Assembly (NCBI GenBank): GCA_012295275.1
Contig: CM022671.1
Location: 36,022,001 to 36,086,000, forward strand
Direction: 5' to 3'
Length of the DNA: 64,000 nucleotides
DNA from: Chrysomallon squamiferum
Lineage: Eukaryota; Animalia; Mollusca
The notes beneath the pieces were generated by a model. The model made no database searches. It was not told where the DNA came from and saw nothing but the letters and a program-made list of their open reading frames with translations. The position numbers and the translations under genes were made by a program. Positions 54,350 through 64,000 of this stretch are shown piece by piece; within the stretch, counting starts at the first letter, position 1, and each line of letters opens with the position of its first letter.

Positions 54350-55076
54350 TTATTAATATGACTGCTACTGTCATGAAATTAAAAATGAAGTCGCTATTTT
54401 CAGCTGGCAAACGGTCGAAGAACAGAAGCAAACTTCTGTGTTTCAGGAAGCTGAAGCGAAATGGCAAGTGTTCGGGAATTATCCGGAAGCGATCTTTCGC
54501 CACACCGGAAGCCTGCTGCGCTAGAAGAGGTCAAGGGTTTGCCTGGAAGAAGGTACAGTCAGACATATTTTGTCACACACGTGTCTGTACGTGCGCGTGT
54601 GTCACTGCGAGTGTGAGTGTGTCTTTGTGTGTGTATGTGAGAGTGAATGTGGTTGTGTGTGGTTGTATGATATGACATGATGTGGTATGATATAAGATTT
54701 GATTATATGATGAAATATGATATGAAATATGATGATATATAGTAAATTATGTCATATTTGATAAATAAACACAAAATATAATAGAATAAAATAAAATAAA
54801 ATAAAATAAAATAAATAAATAATAAACAAAGAACTATAAATAAGAATATATAAATTTAAATAGTTTACTATTATTAACGCTGTTGTCGTGGATGGTGTTG
54901 TTGTAGGAGAAGATAAGAAAAAACCGGTTTCGGTGTACGTCGTGTGACTCGATTCAGTCGTCAAAGCGAGAACACGACATGCAGCTCCTAACAAAGTCTA
55001 AACCTGACACAGACAGGAAGAAACCCGACTTCACCATCAGACCTGACTTCATTGGTATAAAATGTTCTTAATACAC

Positions 55077-55115
<39 letters not shown>

Positions 55116-58006
55116 TATATATATATATATATATAAAATATGTACGAACACAAATTTAATTATACATAGATAAATATAATCCTAAACGTGTTTATTAAAT
55201 TGTGTGCAAATACAAAAAAAATAATAATAAAATAAATAAATAAAGGATGCGATAGCAATTTTTACCAATTTTATTTATTTATTTTTTTATTTATTATTTT
55301 ATTATTATTTTTTTTTTTTTTTTTTTTTTTTAAATGAAAATAATTCTTGGATTATTTATGTATCTGTCTGCGACAGCTAATTTTAAGTGCTACTAGCCAC
55401 TGATTTAAGAATTAAGATAACTTTTGCTTGTGGAAGTATATTAAAAAATTCTGTTACGGAGACTGACAGACTGACGGACTGTTGTTGTTGTTTGAAGGAG
55501 ACATGTACCCTACAGACGACCCGGACGCTCCTGAAGTTGTCTGGGGTCCTTGGAGCCCATGCAGTAGTTCGTGCGGTGCTGGCTGGCGTTCACGTTACAA
55601 GATGTGCAACGACTGCGACATCAACGACTACGAAAACGCCAAGGTGGAGCCGTGCGTTGTAAACTTCTGGTGTCCACGTATGTTTTAATTTGTTTAAATA
55701 AAAAAAAAAAAAATAAAAAATAAATAAATAAATAAAAAAAATAAAATAAAATAAAATAAACAAATAAATTAGTTAAAATTATCCCATTTGTTACACTGTC
55801 CCAAATGTTAGACAGTCTTTTTGTCTGACGTCCCATTTGTCAGACATTTGTGTCTGAATGATATACATTAGTCTTACCTGTTGTAATAATGTAGTCTTAT
55901 ACAGAATTCTGTGTTTAAAATAGGATTAAAATCAGTACAGTGATATCACAGTACGAGTCAGTTACACATACTAAATGGTACGATGTATTGTTTAGTGTGA
56001 AAACACCTTAAATAGAGTTTTAAAATTATCGCACTGTTTTTTGCATTATTTCAGAGGACGGAAATTGGGGACCGTGGTTTCCATGGGAACCATGTTCTGC
56101 AAGGTGTGGGGGCGGAACTCGAGTTCGTAAGCGAAAATGTAACTACCCTCCCCCGTCCTATGGAGGCAAGAACTGTCCTGGACCGGCAGAAAATAACCAA
56201 ACTTGTAACGAAAAACCGTGTCCAGGTACGAATTTGTGTGTGGTGTTTCTATAAGTATGTGTATATGTGTGTGCGTGTGCGTGTGCGTGTGCGTTTGCGC
56301 GCGTGTGTGTGTGTGTGTGTAAGCGCACTTGTGATGGTGTACAGATATATAGATGTTTCTATGTTTTATATATACGTATGTGTGTATATGTGTATAACGT
56401 ATGTTTGTGTATGTGTATAATGTATGTGTGTATATGTGTATAATGTATGTGTATATGTGTATAATGTATGTGTGTGTGTACAATGTATGTGTATGTGTAT
56501 AATGTATGTGTGTGTATGTGTGTGTATGTGTATAATGTATGTGTGTGTATGTGTATAACGTATGTGTGTATATGTGTATAACGTATGTGTGTATATGTGT
56601 ATAACGTATGTGTGTGTATGTGTATAACGTATGTGTGTATATGTGTATAACGTATGTGTGTATATGTGTATAACGTATGTGTGTATATGTGTATAACGTA
56701 TGTGTGTGTATGTGTATAATGTATGTGTGTGTATGTGTATAATGTATGTGTGTATATGTGTATAACGTATGTGTGTATATGTGTATAATGTATGTGTGTA
56801 TATGTGTATAACGTATGTGTGTATATGTGTATAATGTATGTGTGTATATGTGTATAACGTATGTGTGTATATGTGTATAACGTCTGTACGTTTGTTGTAG
56901 TTAACGGAGGGTGGAGTCCGTGGTTTACGTTAGTTGACTGCAGCGTCACGTGTGGACCGGGGGTGACGAAGAAAAAAAGAAGATGCGACAGCCCAGCCCC
57001 TGCCCACGGAGGTAAAGAGTGCACCGGGTCAAACACCATGACCCGGCGATGTGAGAAGTCTCCTTGTCCACGTGAGTAAATAAAACACACACACAGACAG
57101 GCAGACAGACAGACAGAGAGACACGAATGCAGTTTGACATTTAGATAGAATGTGAGCGATAGAAAGATAGATATTTAGTGAAACAGACAGACAAAAAAAA
57201 AAAAAAACAGAATTATAGGCAGCCACGTTGTATTGATGAAATAAAACTTAATTCCGTGCATTTTACGTTAGATTTAACAATAAAGTTATTTTCTTATAAT
57301 TCGAGAGGCATTTTTCAGTGAAATGAAAATTTTTAAGCTCTTATATGTTCATTAGACTGACGTGGAATATTCAAGATGTCGTCAGAATTAGAAATTACAA
57401 CATGCATAGGAAATTGTCCCTTTTTTCAAATTGTATTTTATTTTTAAGATTTTTATTTATTTATGTTAAATATTTTATATCTTTCATTCATTCTTTTCTT
57501 CTTTTCTTTTCATAATTGTTCTTGTTCTTTTTAAACTTTTTCAATTCTTTTCTTTTCTTTTCTTTTATTATATAAATATATTTTAAATATATGATTGCAT
57601 TTTAATCATTTACTTTTTTAATTATTTAATTACAGAACACTACATTACCTTAATATATTTTAAATATATGATTGCATTTTAATCATTTACTTTTTTTAAT
57701 TATTTAATTACAGAACACTACATTACCTTAATATATTTACTTATGTTTGTTTTTCATTATTATAATCATTTTTGCACAGGGGAATGGGGCTGGTCTATGT
57801 GGTCGAAATGGGGCACGTGCTCTGTGACGTGTGGGCAGGGCATTCGTCAGAGAGACAGGTCATGTGACAGTCCTAAACCACTGCATGGTGGGAAGGACTG
57901 TGTGGGCAGATCTGTAGATCACGTGGCTTGCTTTGGAGGTCGACCGTGTCCTGGTAAATAATTTCATTTAATTTTTATGTTTTTAAAAACCCGACAACAA
58001 TAACAA

Positions 58007-58041
<35 letters not shown>

Positions 58042-59612
58042 ATATTAATAATAATTATTATTATTATTTATCACTGATATCATATTAATTATCATATTCA
58101 TAAATCTGTATACGACAAAATATTTTATGTGATAAAGTAATAAATAAATAAATAAACATTTACAAACGTGTTATTAACATATAAAGATATTTAGAACTGA
58201 CGGAGAAGTGTTTAAACAATGGTGTAAAGTGTTTTAGATTTTTCTGAAGGGTTTAAAACTTGTTTCTGGTTTCAGTGGACGGCGGCTGGTCAGCGTGGAC
58301 GAAGTTTGGATTCTGTCGGACCACTGAACGGTGCAAGCCCGGCTTCAAAGTGAGGTCACGCAGTTGTACTGAGCCACGCCCTAAACATGGCGGGAAACCG
58401 TGTCCAGGGCAACAGTACGAACGTGTTACGTGTTTCAATGACAGGAACTGTCCAAGTACGTTTATTTATTTATTTATTTATTTATTTACTTATTTATTTA
58501 CTTATTTATTGTACATTTTTAATTTAGTTATATGATAAGGCTGAGCATCTATCAGAAACTGAGAGGAAACCCGCCTTTTCAGTGAATCATTTCAAAATAA
58601 GTGTTCACCTTTAATAATAAAATATTTCGAATTTATGAAAATTAATTACGTTCAGATTCTCACAGAATAAATTAATTTACAGGAAATGGATCGTGGTGTG
58701 AGTGGGGGGCGTGGTCATCATGCTCGGCCACGTGTCAGGTGAGAACGGCCGTGCAGGTGAGGGAGAGAGACTGTAAATGTCCGGCGCCGAAGTTTGGGGG
58801 CGCCTTGTGTTCAGGTAGGTTCTTAACAGAGACGTACCTGCAAAAAACAGCAAACTCTCAAACTGTCCAAAACATCTGACATCATCTTTAGATCATTCTT
58901 CCTTAAAACTTTAATAATCGTACAGAAAATATGTATCAAGATACATTCAACAAAGATGTAATTATTACGTCATATCATAGATTAAATAATATCATTTATA
59001 TCTTATCATTTCACTTCATCTGTATCAGTGTCGTTTATGTCGAGTATTATTTATATCATATCACATATTAAATATCACTTATAGAGAATTACTTTATCCT
59101 GTCATATATATTAAATATAATTTATATCGATCTAATGTCACATTTCACATGTATTAAATACACTTATATCGCAGATATCATATATTATCACGCAAACTGA
59201 AATACCACATAATATCATACTGTGCAACGTTGTCTTTACACAGGTGAATCGGTTGAAGGAAAAGGATGCTTTGATTTACCTGTATGTAAACCTAATGACG
59301 TCAGTACAGGTATTTATTTTTCATTATTTATTTATTTATTTTATTTTTTTTTTTTTTTTCTTTCTATTTTTACATTTCTGATATTATATTGGTTACCGCT
59401 ATACTAAGAAATAAAACATGTTCAATTCAAGTAAAATTTTGAAAACACCTTCATCTATCTGTTTGATAGTGCACCTATATAATACACCTTTAACATACTG
59501 ATCTCTGTTGACAATACATTTGTTTACGTCAATTTATACAGTGAGAACTGAATACGACGACAGTGACGATGACAGCAATGCATCCGGAGCGGGTCATGTT
59601 ATGGGCAATTAA
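53273..59612 (+). CDS. CFP: Properdin (complement factor P)-like secreted protein, 11 coding exons, 1506 nt / 501 aa: signal peptide, TB domain, linker, TSR1-6, acidic tail
   Basis: All 11 exons join with GT-AG and consistent phases. The LCF..GKC.G..CC..FA..K..CxxC domain matches the properdin N-terminal TB pattern; six WxxW..C/RxRxC TSP1 repeats follow. Confidence 0.85.
54404..54552 (+). CDS. CFP: Properdin-like exon 2 (TB domain, first part)
   Basis: tttcag| acceptor; AGKRSKNRSKLLCFRKLKRNGKCSGIIRKRSFATPEACCARRGQGFAWKK; |gtacag phase 0. Confidence 0.88.
54907..55054 (+). CDS. CFP: Properdin-like exon 3 (TB CxxC and linker)
   Basis: ttgtag|; EKIRKNRFRCTSCDSIQSSKREH...PDFI; G|gtataa phase 1. 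Confidence 0.85.
55498..55677 (+). CDS. CFP: Properdin-like exon 4 (TSR1)
   Basis: WGPWSPCSSSCGAGWRSRYKMC...CVVNFWCP; phase 1-1; |gtatgt. Confidence 0.9.
56055..56225 (+). CDS. CFP: Properdin-like exon 5 (TSR2)
   Basis: tttcag|; DGNWGPWFPWEPCSARCGGGTRVRKRKCNYPPPSYGGKNCPG...CNEKPCP; this frame is not in the ORF track; phase 1-1. Confidence 0.92.
56375..56885. repeat. Intronic TG/TA-derived ~22-bp compound repeat (GTGTATAAYGTATGTGTGTATAT-like)
   Basis: Directly visible; source of the HIHT/YTH ORFs. Confidence 0.9.
56901..57071 (+). CDS. CFP: Properdin-like exon 6 (TSR3)
   Basis: ttgtag|; VNGGWSPWFTLVDCSVTCGPG...CEKSPCP; |gtgagt. Confidence 0.92.
57578..57738. repeat. Intronic ~78-bp tandem duplication
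   Basis: TATTTTAAATATATGATTGCATTTT...CATTACCTTAATATATTT occurs twice. Confidence 0.88.
57780..57953 (+). CDS. CFP: Properdin-like exon 7 (TSR4)
   Basis: gcacag|; WGWSMWSKWGTCSVTCGQGIRQRDRSC...RPCP; |gtaaat. Confidence 0.92.
58276..58455 (+). CDS. CFP: Properdin-like exon 8 (TSR5)
   Basis: tttcag|; VDGGWSAWTKFGFCRTTERCKPG...GQQYERVTCFNDRNCP; |gtacgt. Confidence 0.92.
58683..58814 (+). CDS. CFP: Properdin-like exon 9 (TSR6, first part)
   Basis: ttacag|; NGSWCEWGAWSSCSATCQVRTAVQVRERDCKCPAPKFGGALCS; |gtaggt. Confidence 0.9.
59244..59309 (+). CDS. CFP: Properdin-like exon 10 (TSR6, end)
   Basis: acacag|; GESVEGKGCFDLPVCKPNDVST; |gtattt. Confidence 0.85.
59542..59612 (+). CDS. CFP: Properdin-like exon 11 (acidic tail and stop)
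   Basis: atacag|; VRTEYDDSDDDSNASGAGHVMGN*; TAA at 59610-59612. Confidence 0.75.
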
Positions 59613-59652
59613 GGTACATTTACAAAATACATTCAAATATTCTGCTAGAATA

Positions 59653-59792
<140 letters not shown>

Positions 59793-60280
59793 TATTTTTT
59801 TCACCTTTGGCACCCACTAAAAAAAATATTCATATTTTATTTTTGCAGGTTTATTGTGATAAGAAAATGAAATCGAGGAAATCCTACATTTGTGATGTTA
59901 TATATAACCAGTTGCGTCATCACGACTACATCATCGGTTCTTTAGAAAGTACGCTACAAGGATGTATAACAGTTGTTCCTATGTGATGGTGAAATGACTT
60001 TTTATTTGAGAACTACTAACATATTCCATGGAAGGTCACAAATATTTTTCAAGCTGGTGTTATTCTTCTAAACAGTGGATTTTAATAAGTGTTTCAACAT
60101 CGTGAAATAACACGTGTATTACTGTTAGTTTTCTTCATTGTTCTTAATACTGTCTGTCTTGTACATTTTAAATTCATTAAAAATAGAAAAAAAATTTAAT
60201 GAAAAGAATTTAAATTCTAGCGGCTTTATCGATTTACTGCTGATCTCGTATCATTTTTACATAAAAGTAAATATTTACAA

Positions 60281-60443
60281 TAATTCTAAACAGATAATTA
60301 TGTTTAATTTGGTCTTTACGGTAATTCTAAACAGATAATTATATTTAATTTGGTCTTTACGGTAATTCTAAACAGATAATTGTGTTTAATTTGGTCTTTA
60401 CGGTAATTCTAAACAGATAATTATGTTTAATTTGGTCTTTACG
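60281..60443. repeat. 41-bp minisatellite, 4 copies (probable 3' UTR)
   Basis: TAATTCTAAACAGATAATTATGTTTAATTTGGTCTTTACGG tandem. Confidence 0.92.
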
Positions 60444-61166
60444 TTATCGTGTAACACATCGTTTAAACTTAACTTTACGGTATCGCATGTAGTGTTACGC
60501 ATGAAATCTTGTTAGGACTTTACCATATTTTTTCTTCAGCTCTTCTTTAAATGTTATAAACCAAACTATCTCCTTACAGGGTAATGTATTGATCAACAAG
60601 TCCGTACGCAGAAATTTATATGGGGGGTCGGGTGCACAATCGACAGGCCAAAGGGCCGGAATTACTAGGGACATGTCCTCCACCGAAACCTTTTAACTCT
60701 AGAACGCAGAAGAGGTATTTACCTGTATTCTGGGAAGTATAGTTTTATTTGTTTTCACGCTTCCACGGACGGACTACGAGGGGCACGGGTACGCACCTGC
60801 TAAAACGAGGTTACATGCTCTAAACATCAGACACAATTTCAGTCAGCAAGCAGTAACCTAATCACATCAGTTCTTCATGTATTATCCACGTCCAGAGTTC
60901 TCTCCCTTTACTTTGTGATAAAATCTCCAAATTCATTGACAAACGAATTAGGCATGTTAAAACAATTCCGTGTTCACGACGAAGAAAACAATATTGAAAT
61001 GTCTAAATAAGTTTTGATTTGAGTTTCACGCTAAGAATTATCTGTATGTCTATATTCTGCGACTATGTTCTGCATTCACTTATGTCTTTTCACAACTATT
61101 GTTTCTCTTCAATACTTATTTCACCACCAGTTATTTATTTGTTAGTACTTTTTCCCTTTCATATTC

Positions 61167-61172
61167 AATAAA
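61167..61172 (+). promoter_or_regulatory. Candidate polyadenylation signal of the properdin-like gene
   Basis: AATAAA followed ~15-30 nt later by a GT/T-rich tract (gttttgtcatgtttcatttcgtttt). Confidence 0.4.
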
Positions 61173-63488
61173 GCGTTAGAAGTTTTGTCATGTTTCATTT
61201 CGTTTTATAAAAATGTACTACATGTAGTATTTCAGTAATAGAACTGACAAACCATGTATTCCAATATATCTATTAATTTTTGTTTTCGTTAGACATGAAA
61301 ACTAATTTTCTTTCTGCTAATGAATCAGAATCACCCCCGAAAAAAAAAAAAAAAAAACAATGAAAGATTTTTAGTTCAGCATTAACATTTATGATGCATC
61401 TGCTGATGAAAGAGAAACTGCACAAAACCAACTCACCAGCCTTTTCCTTACTGCTGGAAAAACATGGAAAATAAAAATAAAGTTTTTTTGCTGAAAATTG
61501 TAGTAACTGTAGCCAAGTTTTAAAATATTTTCAGAACATGCACAATACTATTTCTGGCGTAACGTTCAGAAGCAATCTTCCCTTATATAACTACTAATCA
61601 AGTATCCTGGATTAGTTTCAGTGAGCAAACACTCAGTTTTGGGGGTCAGAGCACAAAACAAAGAGCTATGAATGAATTAATCAGTTTCCTACTTTAACAT
61701 TCCACGATAAGATCTGAGCACTTTGAATGATGTTTTAGAACCACACATTTTATTATTTAGTATACCTAGTGAATATTTAACAGTTTAAAATACCGTAACC
61801 TTCTTTTCTTTTTCTTTTTCAAAGTTTGCTGCAATTCACAAAGCAAAATATGACAATAACATTCTGTTGCTGCTGCATTGTTGATTATTTCTGAATACTT
61901 AACCAACAGCCAAGGATACAATTTAAGGAAAGAAAAACTGTCATTACTAACATCTCACTTTCTGCAGTCACACATCAATGAAGAAAAATAAATATTAAAT
62001 AAGAAGAAATTTATTGTCTTGTTCAAACATACATAGAAAAATGTGAAATAAATGATATAATAAAAATAAAAATAAGATGAATTAAAGCAAAAATCAAAAT
62101 AACAACTGTAAATGAATCTTGACAAACTGATGTAAGTGTACAAAGATGTAAATACAAAGATACTGATGATCACAGTTTGTGAAAACACTGGATTTAGATT
62201 TCTGAGAATCCCTGTTACCAAAACACAGCAGTCAGATCTAACAAACTGTTGAGTGTGTGACACACCAAACACATCCTCTGTAACTTCACTGAAAACAAAC
62301 CTTTAATAATGATAAAGCACAAAAACAATAACAATCTTGATGATTCTTTGTCCTCACTGAAAAGTAATCTTTACTAATGATAAAGTATGAAAAATAATAA
62401 AAATCTTGAAGATTCTTTGACATCATTGAAAAGGTATCCTAATGAAAAAGTACAAAAATAATAGAAATTTTGAAGATCCACAGAAGGTAGTGTTTTTGTT
62501 TGTAGAAAGATGAATGATACATTTACATCATATTCAGCTGTTTGTTGACTGTTTGAATACAATGGATACAACAGCTACACTGTAGATAAGTGAAACTATC
62601 GGACAGTTAAGTAGTACATGGATATAAATAAATATAAATTAACTGTTGGCTGCTAATTGAACAGAGCTGCACAAAACAAACGATGGAGGGAGAAACCTTT
62701 TGTGCAGCATTAGCACTTTTTATCTGTTTTCACAACAAAAAGGCATTTTGATATGGAAGCAAAAAAAAATATACATTTTAATAAGAGATCAACTAGATCA
62801 CAAATAATATCTATCTAAATTATATAAATTATGGAAAACAGGTTTAAACAAACAAAAAAAAGAAACCACACAAAACCTTGTGATGAAATAAATAAATAAA
62901 TGGAATGGTTGAAAATGAAATGTTTTAGATGATATGAAACAAACACAGGTTTAAGGAATGCTGGAACTGACAGGATCACATAAAAACACACGAGTTTACA
63001 CTAGCCATGTACAGGAATGTTTGAATATTACCAAATACAGCTAATGTTCAAAATGAAATCAACCTGGCAATAATCTGTTCTTGCTTCCTTGAAAAATGAC
63101 ACGTTAAAATGTGTTGAATTGAAACAAAATATCAACAAAATTATACTGAATGCTGACAAGGTATTTTTAATAATCCAAATGTCATTAATATTAGTTTATT
63201 GTTGGACAGTAATGTAGTAGTGACCCTCAAAAAATAATTTAAAAAAAATACTAAAATTAATGTAAATCATCTAAAATACATATTTAAAGTTAAATGTATG
63301 ACGAAAACGTTAGAAATGGCAAATCACACTAACAAATTTTGATTTTTGCAACACCATATTACAGAAACAGATGTGCATTCTGCATATTAACAACAGTCAA
63401 GAGACAGATATGGGCCTTAAAACTAGATGTATTTTATCAAGTCATACCAATTTACACATGAACAGATGCACACACGCCACACACACGC

Positions 63489-63523
<35 letters not shown>

Positions 63524-64000
63524 ACCTACAACTTACACAGTAACATTCAAATGTGTCTGAGTAACTGTTCATGTGTAAAAAATTGACTGGTGAGTAAAAT
63601 GACACAAACACTTGATTTAATTTTTGTCCGACATAAATGAGTAATACAAAATGTAAATCAATAAACAGTTCAAAGTATGATCTGCAGAGTTCTTGTCGAG
63701 ATTTCAGGCAGAGTTCAGACGAAAGACTGATATTTAAAACATTCTGTTTGCCTTCCTGCACACTTCTCCTGTGCTGCAAAGAAATCCTTTGGTACACTAA
63801 TTCCAAACTGCAGATGCAGTAACATTCGTGGAATAAAATGCTTGGAATATCAAAAAAAATTGTAAACATTTATCACAAAACACTTGTAGGTGATTCTATC
63901 TATGTTAAGTTCTTTAAAAATATATATAATGATGAGTATATGAACAGGAATAAGCTGTATATAAAATACTAAAGAGTAATAAATACATCACAACACTGCT

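Noticed and set aside
55498-59309. Assignment of the TSP1 exons to hemicentin, SCO-spondin, ADAMTS or semaphorin-5
   Set aside because: The gene is complete at 501 aa with its own signal peptide and stop, and has no Ig, vWD, protease or Sema domain; the TB-like head fits properdin.
60598-60800. Possible degenerate MITE in the properdin-like 3' region
   Set aside because: GC-rich ends are suggestive, but I could not establish matching TIRs or a target-site duplication.

Overview
AT-rich, microsatellite-dense animal genomic DNA (spliceosomal GT-AG introns; repeat style and proteins suggest a mollusc or other lophotrochozoan, but the species cannot be fixed from this window). Four genes are supported. 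(1) and (2) are a divergently oriented pair of atypical Shaker/Kv1-family voltage-gated K+ channels with intronless CDS: 13893-15220 minus, carrying one 1-nt frameshift in the T1-S1 linker, and 35779-37251 plus, intact. They share derived features: an S4 one R-x-x triad shorter than Shaker, a pre-T1 HC-x7/8-HxC-x4-C motif, paired extracellular cysteines and a very short C-tail ending TGRG. (3) is a 99-aa single-pass membrane microprotein with two coding exons (43739-42847 minus), convergent with the second channel, with KCNE-like size/topology and a Y-V-R-x4-EHSN motif. (4) is an 11-coding-exon, 501-aa secreted protein (53273-59612 plus) with full properdin architecture (signal peptide, 6-Cys TB domain, six TSP1 repeats, split TSR6), plus an unusually cationic TB domain and an acidic SGxG tail. 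The rest is minisatellites, microsatellites, MITEs and tRNA-derived fragments. Most long ORFs in the supplied track are repeat or antisense artefacts.
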